Shown piece after piece: positions 50,986 to 61,890 of a stretch of 64,000 nt of DNA; within the stretch, counting starts at the first letter, position 1; each line of letters begins with the position of its first letter. Made by a program: the position numbers and the translations under genes. The notes beneath the pieces are model-generated. The model did no database searches. It was given only the letters and a program-made list of their open reading frames with translations, and had not been told where the DNA came from. Source of the stretch: Oculina patagonica (Eukaryota); the NCBI RefSeq assembly GCF_052425735.1, contig NC_135761.1, positions 51,026,001-51,090,000 of the forward strand, written 5' to 3'.

Positions 50986-51814
50986 GTACATAATTTGCAA
51001 CCGCAAATAAAACTTTACTTCTTTACTTTTTATTAGTACCAAACCAAGAATACCATAAAGGACCACCTATAGCTAACAAAGCAACATAATTAAAAAAATA
51101 ATAAGATTTTTAAATGAATCATACAAAAAGCATCCACGTTCACTGGTGAACGCAAACTCTACTTTTCACGCACTCATCAACAGCTGAACGGAGCTGGACG
51201 GCAATGTGCGTGGAGCAGGCATGCACATTATAGGCTACAGGAGAAAAATTACTTCCGTTTAGCCGTCCTCGAGGTCAGTCGTCCAGACAAAAACTGAACA
51301 GACCACCGTGACAAACTAGGAACTGAACGAACGGTAAACTACAACTTGAATTTGTAAATAAAGGAAATGAATACTCGTTTTTTGAATAGCCTCGAGGCCT
51401 TTAATTCCGCTGTTACTTTGTGCGAGCAAGCGGAAGTGATGAGAATAAAAACAAATTTTGGTAGCTTGTCTCGCGCAAATTACCGCTGGCTAGCCGAGTA
51501 CGTATATGAATAGCCTGCGATTCACAGCAGTCAAACGCAAAAGTTGACGTCACATCCGGTCTTCGCCGCCTCGGACTTTCGACTTGAAAGTGGACAAACT
51601 TTTGTAAGAAATTGTCAAAGAAATAGTACGGTGAAAGAACATTTCAAGCTGGGACACTCAGTCCATAAGCGGCGTATAAACCTTGACTTCCCAGGGACGG
51701 CGTAACTTTTGACTTTAAAGCGAAAGTTTTCGGAAAATTTAAGATTTTGTATGCAAAATTCTGGCGGGAATTACACAGGAACTGTGCACGCACGCTGCGT
51801 TTGACCGCTGTGCG

Positions 51815-51942
51815 AGCCTGCGAGCAGGCTCTCGCTTTGGTGGCAACGACGCGAGCGACGAAGGCGGAAGTTTCTTCGGCGGTCGCGTCGTTGGCCCCGA
51901 AGCGCTTACGTTGCCCCGAAGAGAAAGCCTGCTCGCAGGCTA
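51815..51942. mobile_element. Small MITE
   Basis: AGCCTGCGAGCAGGCT ... AGCCTGCTCGCAGGCT. Confidence 0.65.
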
Positions 51943-52366
51943 TTGTCTGAAAAGCGTCTGCTTGGAATCCATCGGAAGATGGCGAGCTTAATATCTGTTA
52001 TTGGAGCTTTTCCAATAACGCTGATGGACAAATTCGTCGCCATTGTAGAGTGAACTAAAGAGAATTTTTTCTTCTTTTGTTCAGTTTTCTAAGAGTACGA
52101 AAAAAATTCATCCATGACTGAACGAATTGGAGGCAAAAATGGTACTCGCTCCAAGTAAAGAATGTAATGCTTCGGTGGCGCTTTATTTTGAGTTATTTTG
52201 TCACTGACTGAAGCTCCTACTGTAAGGAACTAGTACCGAGGTACAATCAAAGGGCACTTCGAGCCAGCTCATTCTTCTGCCTTTTTTCGGGGGAGGGGGA
52301 GGGGGAGGGGGGTAGGGTTTGGGAGTGGTGGTGGGTAATGAAAATGTACTGGTACAGTCCACTTAA

Positions 52367-53541
52367 GGTCGCAGGGGACACCTTAGGCTCATCATTATGC
52401 ATTTATTTAAAGCGTATGCACGAAGTACAACGACTTACATCGACAACTTTACGAGATATTTATGACTGGATAAAAATATGGGCGCGTGCGCGTGATTTGT
52501 AAAAAAATTCAAAATGCCATTTTAACCACTCAAATGCTAAAACTATCCATTATTGAGAAAAATTAAGAAAAATTTTTACTTTCCGAGCCTTAAAGCGTGA
52601 ATAACAGCAAAAAATACGAAGATTTCCGAAGGCTTCACGAAAACGTTTTTGAATGACTGCGCGCTAAAATGGAAGGAATGGAACGAGTTTTTGACGTCAT
52701 AATTGGTGTTTTTGAAGAAAACCGCAGACCAACTACACAGACCGCACCGACGGCAACGTCAACGAAAACGTCTGGTGGAAAATGAATTTATATTTTACTT
52801 GAGAATCTCGCAACTTTCCGAACGTATTCTGCTTATTTATAGCTTTAAGAACTAGCTCCCGCTGAATACTCAAAGAGAGCGTTTTACCCCAAGTAGAAAA
52901 ACCGGATATCAGCCGTCGTGGCTGACATTGTCCAAAATACGCAGAATTTCAATTCGTCATTTCATGTTGTTGTTCGGCAGAGAACGGCTTTTTGTAGTGT
53001 ACCAAGATTCAAAACGCACGTGCATAGTTAAAGCACGTGCTTAACGTAAAATGCTAATCAGAAGAACAATAGAGATTCCTGATTTGTTTTCATACCAGCG
53101 TGCATTCTACCTATGCCTCACATGATTATACAAAACGAAAGCAAACAAAACTTTAAGCTATTTTTGAGCTTTAGCTATTTTATTTAAAAAAATGCGCGTC
53201 TCTGAACAACCATCAATCAATCAACTGAAAAACGGCCGAACTGAACGAAATAACTGCTTGAAAAGTCACTAAACACATTTATTTAAATTCTAACGTGCGG
53301 TCTGCGGAATCGGTCTGCGGTCGTCTTCAAAAACACCAATTATGACGTCACAAGTTTTTATTTCCGACAATTTTTCCGAGCACTCTACGATTATGACAGC
53401 CTATAAAAAGCATTTTTCAACTTGCAATATCTCTGCGATGTAATGACCGATTGCTTTGAAACGTTGGGATATGTTTATTTGGCTCTTAATAAACACATGG
53501 GCAAAAAATATCAAAAATCGAAATTTCTGTTCATTTGACCT
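52367..53541. mobile_element. TTAA-flanked insertion (Kolobok-like) inside HINE copy A
   Basis: Absent from copy B (single CTTAAG at ~57738); TTAA at 52363 and 53542; GGTC..GACC ends; internal inverted repeats at ~52690-52740 and ~53310-53352. Confidence 0.7.
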
Positions 53542-54391
53542 TTAAGTCAAGTACAGTCCCCTGTAAAGTCAAAATCAGATACACATGTGAAAAGAAATAA
53601 AATCACAATTTCACATCTTCTAAAAATGGTGCAACGTGAATCTAGTTGCCGAGCTGTTTAGACCTTAGGGACCCTAAACGTATTTTCACGTATTTTAACA
53701 CGCGCTGACACAAGCGATCAAGTCCATTGAGGCAGCCGGAAGTAATTTTACATGGCCCCATTCCCCGCTACGTAAAAGTCCACAAGCAGTTATTTAAAAA
53801 AAAAGAAATAGTATTTTGTTTCCGGATCGCGGAACGACAAGCATAATAAAAATATAGATCATAAGAAGAGAAGATCCTAGGTCGAGAATCAGTATTACGC
53901 GGGGAGGAATTGCGAAACAGTCAAGTTTTTTGCATGCATGCACATTCCTTTACCCTTCCGTGCCAGCAAACACGAGACATTAGAAGACATCCAGTCTTGT
54001 TTGCTCTTCTAAGCGCTATTATTGATGGAAAATGTACAAAGTCAACAAGAACATAGACAGAAAAGCTAGAATATTTACATAACAATTAAACACGGAAAGG
54101 GCTTTGCACAATATTTTTCACCAATACATCGCTTTAATCGATCTTAGAAGGATCGCAGTCGTTTGGTATTTCTATTGTGTAATTAAACTACAAAGCTTTT
54201 CGTCTTCTTGACAAATATATATATATAATTTCGATATTTGAAGAACATGTTTTTACTGCTAAAACGTGTGGACATTGTGGTTACGAGCATTCTTCTGGTT
54301 GGATAGCACTGTGTAAATAGTTCACATCTTCCACGAAGCTCAGATACACATGTGAAAAGAAATGAAATGAATATTTGTTACCGTTTTAGAT

Positions 54392-54393
<2 letters not shown>

Positions 54394-54445
<52 letters not shown>

Positions 54446-54547
54446 TTTATTTAAGTGTCTAGTCTTCTAGCTAGCCTTAAGCTTACTAATCGGGGACACT
54501 GTTCTAAACTAAAATATAAAATAAGTACAAAAACGATTCTGGTCTAC
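54394..54547 (-). mobile_element. Severely 5'-truncated LINE 3' end with (ATT)n tail inside HINE copy A
   Basis: AGATTA TSD at 54388 and 54548; (AAT)n run preceded on the minus strand by AATAAAG; absent from copy B. Confidence 0.75.
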
Positions 54548-54559
54548 AGATTACTGAAT

Positions 54560-54718
54560 AGTCCATTTTACAGTTGCCTGCCAAGTGACCTGGCCTTTGA
54601 ATGGTAGTGAGGCTGAGGGTGACCTTGCATTGATACAAACCTCCCTGAATTATCATGTAAATGCGAACTAATTAGCATCAAAACAACATGATTTACAAAA
54701 CAAAAGGAGTGAGGTCTG

Positions 54719-54749
<31 letters not shown>

Positions 54750-54794
54750 CCATTCAAAGCCCAGGTCACTAAGCAGACAACTGTAAAATGGTCT
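54560..54794. mobile_element. MITE inside HINE copy A
   Basis: Long TIRs AGTCCATTTTACAGTTG / CAACTGTAAAATGGTCT; the empty site in copy B implies an AT duplication. Confidence 0.8.
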
Positions 54795-55559
54795 ATTGCG
54801 TTTTGAATTACCTTTCTGTCAGCACGCATCTACCGGGCAGTGACAATCATTGTTCATAGATTGACCAGCGAATGAAATTTGAGAGAAAGATGCGCACGAA
54901 CACGTCGTGTAAAACGGATGACGAGAGTCACAGGAAATGAGATGACGTGACAGGAGACAAAAACGTGCTGCTCGGATGTCGTGTTTTTATCAGTGAGCTT
55001 TATAAACGTTTATTAGAACACGTCATATGGCAAGCGTAACTCCGTAGTAAAAGTTGAAAATAAGTTCCATGAAGAAATCTTGGTGTGATATCTCTAGATT
55101 TTTACCGACCTAATTAAATGTAGATGTAGATGTAGATGTAGAATCTCAACAACGGGAGAGGGGTAGCGTAAAAATTTACTTCCAACTGCCTGGCGGGACT
55201 TCATTGCGTGTAACAGCCCACGTTAAAATGAACCTTGATTACGTGTGTCAGCACATGATAAAATAAACCCCCAGGTTGTCAACATTTCGACTTTGTGATA
55301 CACGTTTCCTTTTTTAAAAGTTCCGAAATTGTGAATTGATGTAAATTTATTTATTACACTATAAAATGATTTCATTTCTTTTCACATTTGTATCTGAGCT
55401 TCACTGAAGTTATTTTAACGTTACTTAGGGGTAGCATATAAAATTACTTCCGTTCTACAACTTCCGTCCACACAATTTTTGTACACGCAGACTTCCGTCA
55501 ACATCTGTATCACTTCCGTTCACACAATTTTTAGCTCATTCTCCAGAATGAGTAATAGA

Positions 55560-55872
55560 GTGCTACAGATGTTGACGGAAGTCTGCGTGTACAAAAATTG
55601 TGTGGACGGAAGTGATACAGATGTTGACGGAAGTGTGCGTGTACAAAAATTGTGTGGACGGAAGTGATACAGATGTTGACGGAAGTGTGCGTGTACAAAA
55701 ACTGTGTGGACGGAAGTGATACAGATGTTGGCGGAAGTGTGCGTGTACAAAAATTGTGTGGACGGAAGTGATACAGATGTTGACGGAAGTGTGCGTGTAC
55801 AAAAATTGTGTGGACGGAAGTGATACATATGTTGACGGAAGTCTGCGTGTACAAAAAATGTGTGGACGGAAG
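55560..55872 (+). repeat. 52-bp tandem repeat x6 inside HINE copy B
   Basis: Unit GTGATACAGATGTTGACGGAAGTGTGCGTGTACAAAAATTGTGTGGACGGAA. Confidence 0.95.
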
Positions 55873-57193
55873 TTGTAGAACGGAAGTAATTTTATATGCT
55901 ACCCCTGCCCCCTTAGTAACGCCAAAAATAATTTCAGTGAAGCTCAGATCCAAATGTGAAAAGAAAGGAAATCATTGTATAGTGTAATAAATAAATTAAC
56001 ATCAAATCACATTTCGGAACTTTTAAAAAGGGAAACGTGTATCACAAAGTCGAAATGTTGACAACCTCGGGGTTTATTTTATCATGTGCTGACACACGTA
56101 ATCAAGGTTCATTTTAACGTGCGCTGTTACACGCAATGAAGTTCCGCCAGGCAGCCGGAAGTAAATTTAATACGCTACCCCTCTCCTATTGTTGAGATTC
56201 TACATCTACATCTACATGTACATTTAATTTGGTCGGTAAAAATCTAGAGATATCGCGCCAAGATTTGTTCATGGAACTTATTTTTAACTTTTACTATGGA
56301 GTTACGCTTGCCATATGACTCGTCTAAATAAACGTTTATAAAGCTCACTGATAAAAACACGACATCCGAGCAGCACGTTTTTGTCTTCTGTCACGTCATC
56401 TCATTTCCCGTGACTCACGTCATCCGTTTCAGTACACGACGTGTTCGTGTGCATCTTTCTCTCAAATTTCATTCGCTTCTCAATCCATGAACTGATTGTC
56501 ACTGCCCGGTAGATGCGTGCTGACAGAAAGGTTATCCAAAACGCAATTCAGTAATTTAAAACGGTAACAAATATTCATTTCATTTCTTTTCACATGTGTA
56601 TCTGAGCTTCGTGGAAGATGTGAACTATTTACACACTATCCAACCAGAAGAAAGCTCGTAACCACAATGTCCACACGTTTTAGCAGTAAAAACATGTTCT
56701 TCAAATATCGAAATTATATTTGTCAAGAAGACGAAAAGCTTTGCAGTTTAATTACACAATAGAAATACCAAACGACTGCGATCCTTCTAAGATCGATTAA
56801 AACGATGTATTGGTGAAAAATATTGTGAACAGTGCGAAAGCCCTTTCCGTGTTTAATTAATTAAACACGGAAAGGGCTTTCGCACTGTTCAGAATATTTA
56901 CATAACGGTTATGTAAATATTCTAGCTTTTCTGTCTATGTTGTTGTTGACTTTGTACATTTTCCATCAATAATAGCGCTAAGAAGAGCAAACAAGACAGG
57001 ATGTCTTCGGATGTCTCGTGTTTGCTGACACGGAAGGGTAAAGGAATGTGCATGCATGCAAAAAACTTGACTGTTTCACACTTCCTCCCCGCGTAATACT
57101 GATTCTCGACCTAGGATCTTCTCTTCTTATCATTTATATCTTTATTATGCTTATCGTACCGCGATCCGGAAACGAAATACTATTTCTTTTTTA

Positions 57194-57487
57194 GAGCGGT
57201 TTTCACTTGAGTGTCGAAAGTACTTTGCGTTTGCTTTGGTTTTGCGTTCACTACGCTTAGTGATTGGTTTAAAAATTTCGCGCCACTTTCTTGGCCAATC
57301 AGGAGTAAAACCAAAACCAATCGCGACTCGCTCGCGCATGTTTTCCCACGCTTCGTGCCAGCTACATGTATTTGCTTCGAGCTTTGATTGGTTCACTGGA
57401 TTGTTTGTGTCGTTTGTGATTGGTCAGAGTAATTACTTTGGTTTTGGTTTTGGTTTTGGTTTTACGACACTCAATTGAAAACTGCTC
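57194..57487. mobile_element. TA-flanked MITE inside HINE copy B
   Basis: TIR GAGCGGTTTTCA.TTGAGTGTCG / CGACACTCAATTGAAAACTGCTC; absent from copy A. Confidence 0.8.
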
Positions 57488-58827
57488 TAAATAACTGCTT
57501 GTGGACTTTTACGTAGCGGGGAATGGGGCCATGTAAAATTACTTCCGGCTGCCTCAATGGACTTGATCGCTTGTGTCAGCGCGTGTTAAAATACGTGAAA
57601 ATACGTTTAGGGTCCCTAAGGTCTAAACAGCTCGGCAACTTGATTCATGTTGAACCATTTTTAGAAGTTGTGAAATTGTGATTTCATTTCTTTTCACATG
57701 CGTATCTCATTTTGACTTTACAGGGGACTGTACTTGACTTAAGTAGACTGTACCAGTACATTTTCATTACCCACCACCACTCCCAAACCCTACCCCCCCC
57801 CCCCCCCGAAAAAGGCAGAAGAATGAGCTGGCTCTAAGTGCCCTTTGATTGTACACGCAGACTTCCGTCAACATCTGTATCACTCTATTACTCATTCTGG
57901 AGAATGAGCTAAAAAGCTTGTAGAGGCTGGAACCTACCAGAGGTAAACAACAGAGTAGGTATGGGATGTACATGAACTCACTACATGTAACTTTTTAGGA
58001 CGCCGTATTCGCGCTGAACTACTTGACATTACAGTCCCGACATAAACAGTGTAATTTCTGGCATGTTTTTCTTCCTGAGAAGAGCACTTTGAAACGGTAA
58101 CAAGGTCTGGTCAACACAAAAGAGTTTGAATATTTCGATCAGACTAAAATAACACTGATGCACATTTAATGATTTTAAATTCAATAAATACTACCCAAAA
58201 TCACAAACCACGTAATATCGTTTTAAGATCTTTCGGCAATTGTTTGTCAACTTACACTTCTAGTTGGCGTAATCACAAATACGCGCCGACATTTTTTAAA
58301 GGTTGACTTGGTTGGCTACAAATATCCTTTTTACAAACCTATTAAACAATATGAACGTTCAGTAGTTTTCAACGTGGTAATTTGGTAATTCAAGTAAATC
58401 ATGGGCACAAATTGGAAATTTTTGGGGGCGACACGTCGCTCTGAGGTTACCACAACTTGTTTTTTTAACATTGTTCCATTGCAGTTGCGTTCAAAAGGAG
58501 ATGTCACCAACATTTTGGTTTGTTGCTAAATGGAAGCTGTGAGTTGATAACCTTAGTTTCGCTTAGAGATGTAGCGTCATGTGATACGTTGGGCCAAACG
58601 CTAAAAGGGAATATTATGATGGATTGTAGTTTCCTAGCCAGAGATTCTGGGCAAAATCACAACGCGAGAATCTCACCGGTTTAACTCTTTACTTGAATGC
58701 GCTGTTTTCGCCAGAACCAGAACGCGAGTTTCCAACCGAGCCGGCTATGATTTTAAAGTGAAAGCTGTTGTCTACACCAAGATGATGTCACTCACTAGCA
58801 AGCTGCAAAGGGAGGGTCAATAAGTCC

Positions 58828-61647
58828 TCAGCGAATTCCAATTGCAGTGGCATTAAAGCCATCATTCCAGCGGTCACTGGAGGTGTAACAGCCACCACCT
58901 CCAAAATGCAGCTCTGTCAGAAAGAAAAACTCGTTTGGCATCATTCGATCAGGCATCATAATGTTGACGGGTTTGGCCTGTTTACGCCACTCAACTGCGA
59001 CACCCCTGCTCTCGTAAACAAGTTGCGGATGATAGTCGCTTGGGACTTGATTCTTATAGTTTGGCATGAACGCAAACAAGCTGTTGGCATTTCCGTCAGA
59101 ATTCTGAAACCGGATGTCCACCCCGTTGGATTTGAAACCTTGGATATTGTTGTTTCCTGCGAGGGATGCTGGGAGGATTCCAAGGAGGATGTATTCATTC
59201 ATAAAGTCGTTCTGTGGTTCTGTATAACAAGTGTAGCTGTTGACCAAAACTCCAAAATCAGTGTTGGCGAAATTTGGATGGGGCTGAATCAGAGTGAACG
59301 ACTCACTACGGTCGACGTTTTTCTTCAACTTGAGCAAAACGTTTTTCTTGTCCGTGAAGAGGGCGTTGACGATCTGCTGAGCATCTGGTCTTAGAGTTAC
59401 GCTTGCAGGAAGAAAAGCAAAGCCACCTCCTTCAATTTCCAGTTCGCAGTACACCTTGATAGGCTCCGCATTCGACAAAGGATAGATCATATACACGCCA
59501 CTCATTACTGCAGGATCGTGATGTTTAATTTCTTTACAGGTCTTGTAACACTAAAATAGGAAATTAACAGTTGACCTAAACATTTGTGTTTAACTTTAAA
59601 GTTATCACGTGTAGTATAAACCGTAAGATGATTGTGTAGAGAGGCTTATTTCAAAGTAATAGACAATGGCCAGCCTTTAGCAAACACCGAAGAATGTAAA
59701 AGTAAAACATACTCATTCAACTTATAGGCAAAAAACATGTGCGTTGTTGATCAAAAAACCTCTACTTTATAAACATTCGATCGTGCAATGGCAAACTTAA
59801 GACACATCTTTTTAAGAAAGCTTTTAGTAAGATATTTTTATAATTTAGTGTATTTTTATAATTAACTTTGTTAGTTAGTCTTTTTAATCTTTTTAATTAT
59901 TTTAATGCCCTTTTTTATTTATTTTTTTGTTAAATACAAATTGTAACTTTTTTAATATCGATATGTAGTTTTTAATTGTAAATAACTTGTAAAGCGCTAT
60001 TGGTTAGAAATAGAAATAGCGCTATATAAATAAAAGTATTGTTGTTATTATTAATATTGTTACGGATAAAACAAACCAAAGAGTTCTTTAATACTGAGAA
60101 AGCTGAAAACGTTAAATATAGAACAGCTTCAAACACAAACGGATTACAAAACACATAACACGCTAACTGGACTATTACACGATATTACATGCTAACTGGA
60201 TAGCCAATAGAAAACCAGACATTTTTTGTTCCCTCCTTAGGGTACAAATCCGTAAAGATTGTGCCAAGCCGCAGAGTGTCTAAGTGTATGATTGTGTTGC
60301 GCTATCAACTACAGTATAAAAAAAAACAAATACTGTCGACGATAAGATCGAAACCATTGCCTTGCCTAAAGCAAACCATCCAAAACAACATAGCGGTAAA
60401 AAAATGCAAAACGTTCAATACATTTGCGCCTGCATGCATGGCGTGGAGACGAAACGATGGATCACATTGATTCGAGAAACCGTAACCTGCACGAACGTAG
60501 AGCATCTGTCGAAAATAGATGTATTGTTTTATCGAAGTAAATTTAAACCTAAATCGTTTTCTAGCAAAAACGGACAAAAATGAATATGATCTACCCGTCG
60601 AAAGAAACACATTGTTTTGCAGCAGTTATAATTAGACAGCCGAATCCTGCGTCACAATAAACGCAATTAATTAACATATTCACAAAATATTTCAGATCCT
60701 GTCCTTTCAGAGCGAGGATCTAGAGTTGAACAGCACATGTTGTATATGGTATCGAAGGGTAGTAATGTCGAATGATCATTAACATGTGACATGCTTAAAA
60801 ATGTGTTAGTGAAGAATTCCTTATTCCTTATTCTGAAAGGAAGATTCCGCGTCTTTGAGCGCCAGGCGACGCGTAAAGCGGCCTTCACAATACAAACTAT
60901 TGGCCATCTCGTATTGGCAAACCTGAGTCGGTGTGTGTGAACGACGTAACAACTGTTGGCAACAAAATAGAACTTGTCTTTATCCTCACCAACAGTTTGC
61001 CAACTTGTTTGCCAACTGTTGCTATGTCGTTCACACACACCAACTTGAGTTTGCCAACATGAGTTTGCCAAGTTTAGTATGTCGTGTGAAGGCCGCTTGA
61101 GGCTTTCATTCCGTCAGTTGGTCGGGTCTTTCTACAGCACCTTGGCTGGTAGAGAGGGGACACGTGTTTATTAATCTTCCGTCGGGGAGGGCGGCAAAAA
61201 AGACTTGCGTTTCAAATGCAGACTCAGCGGACTGCCCAGAGGGTGCTTGCTGAAACTGCCGCGGCACGTATAAAATTCTCCATTAGTATTGCTATTAAAA
61301 TATTACTTTTAATAGCAATCGATAAAACGTACCTTCCGTTGCCTTATCTGCTGAAACACGAAGCCCTTCGAGTAAATAAGGGCCTTTTTTCTGTCGCATA
61401 AGTCGTCAACTCCACAGTCATTCAATTCACACAGACCATTGGCGCCTGCTGATCTCTCGTAGTTGTAAGAGATGCATCTTGGTTCATCATGACAGTCCTG
61501 AATACAGTTCAACCATTCTCTGGTGTATAACTGTTGAAAAACATGGCCGACTAAAATATGGTCGTTTTCTGTTACCGGATGGAATGCAGTGGTTATTCCA
61601 TGCAGAAGTGCTGCTAGCAATTTGAGAAAAATCAGGTTCTCGGACAT
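58828..61647 (-). CDS. Cluster gene A3, long form, 345 aa; complement join(61333..61647,58828..59550)
   Basis: MSENLIFLKLL.. PAN exon ending QIRQRK|GT; acceptor before CYKTCKEI; intact frame. Confidence 0.85.
60877..61097. mobile_element. Harbinger-like MITE in the A3 intron
   Basis: TIR AGCGGCCTTCACA / TGTGAAGGCCGCT with TAA/TGA flanks. Confidence 0.7.
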
Positions 61648-61749
61648 CGCAGAAACGTAAGAAAGATAAATGTGTTGTTGAAAAGCAATTTCGGAAGCAC
61701 TGAAAAAACGAGCAAAAACGTACACTGGCCGAACTTGAGTTACTGCCCG

Positions 61750-61890
61750 ACACCTGCTTGATAGTTAAATGGTAATTCTCAGTGCGTTATCTATCCTTTG
61801 GCTTATTGAACTTAAGGATATTACTCGTACCGTAGTTGGTCAAAAAGGCATGCCCAAACACAAGGCTCTCTGTAATTGGCTAGATATTCT
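61750..61890 (-). promoter_or_regulatory. Conserved upstream block of long-form genes (E-box CACCTG, CCAAT in ATCTAGCCAATT)
   Basis: Same motifs, in the same order, upstream of A1 (~31250-31375) and A2 (~45935-46080). Confidence 0.5.

Larger units (their letters stand above)
55528..57850 (+). mobile_element. HINE-like copy B inserted antisense into copy A
   Basis: 5' TTTTT-AGCTCATTCT-cc-AGAATGAGT (55528-55553), six 52-bp repeats, 3' AGAATGAGCT + hairpin + CTTTGATT (57820-57850); removing it restores A's repeat unit CACAATTTTT|GTACACGCAG. Confidence 0.8.
52245..57915 (-). mobile_element. Helentron-associated non-autonomous element (HINE-like), host copy A, carrying nested insertions
   Basis: On minus strand: 5' TTTTT-AGCTCATTCT-cc-AGAATGAGT starting at 57915; 3' subTIR AGAATGAGCT + GGCTCGAAGTGCC hairpin + CTTTGATT at 52275-52245; no TSD. 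Confidence 0.75.

Noticed and set aside
55560-55872. CRISPR-like array
   Set aside because: Units are contiguous and near-identical with no unique spacers, there are no cas genes, and the context is eukaryotic
52245-57850. Single foldback/Polinton-like element with ~2-kb TIRs
   Set aside because: The orphan 5' end at 57851-57915 and the restored repeat unit are explained better by nested antisense insertion; there is no TSD or internal coding region
58906-59394. Antisense ORFs over cluster genes (also 26620-27003, 29649-29927, 36513-37133)
   Set aside because: Shadow frames of the real CDSs, with inconsistent starts and stops among paralogs
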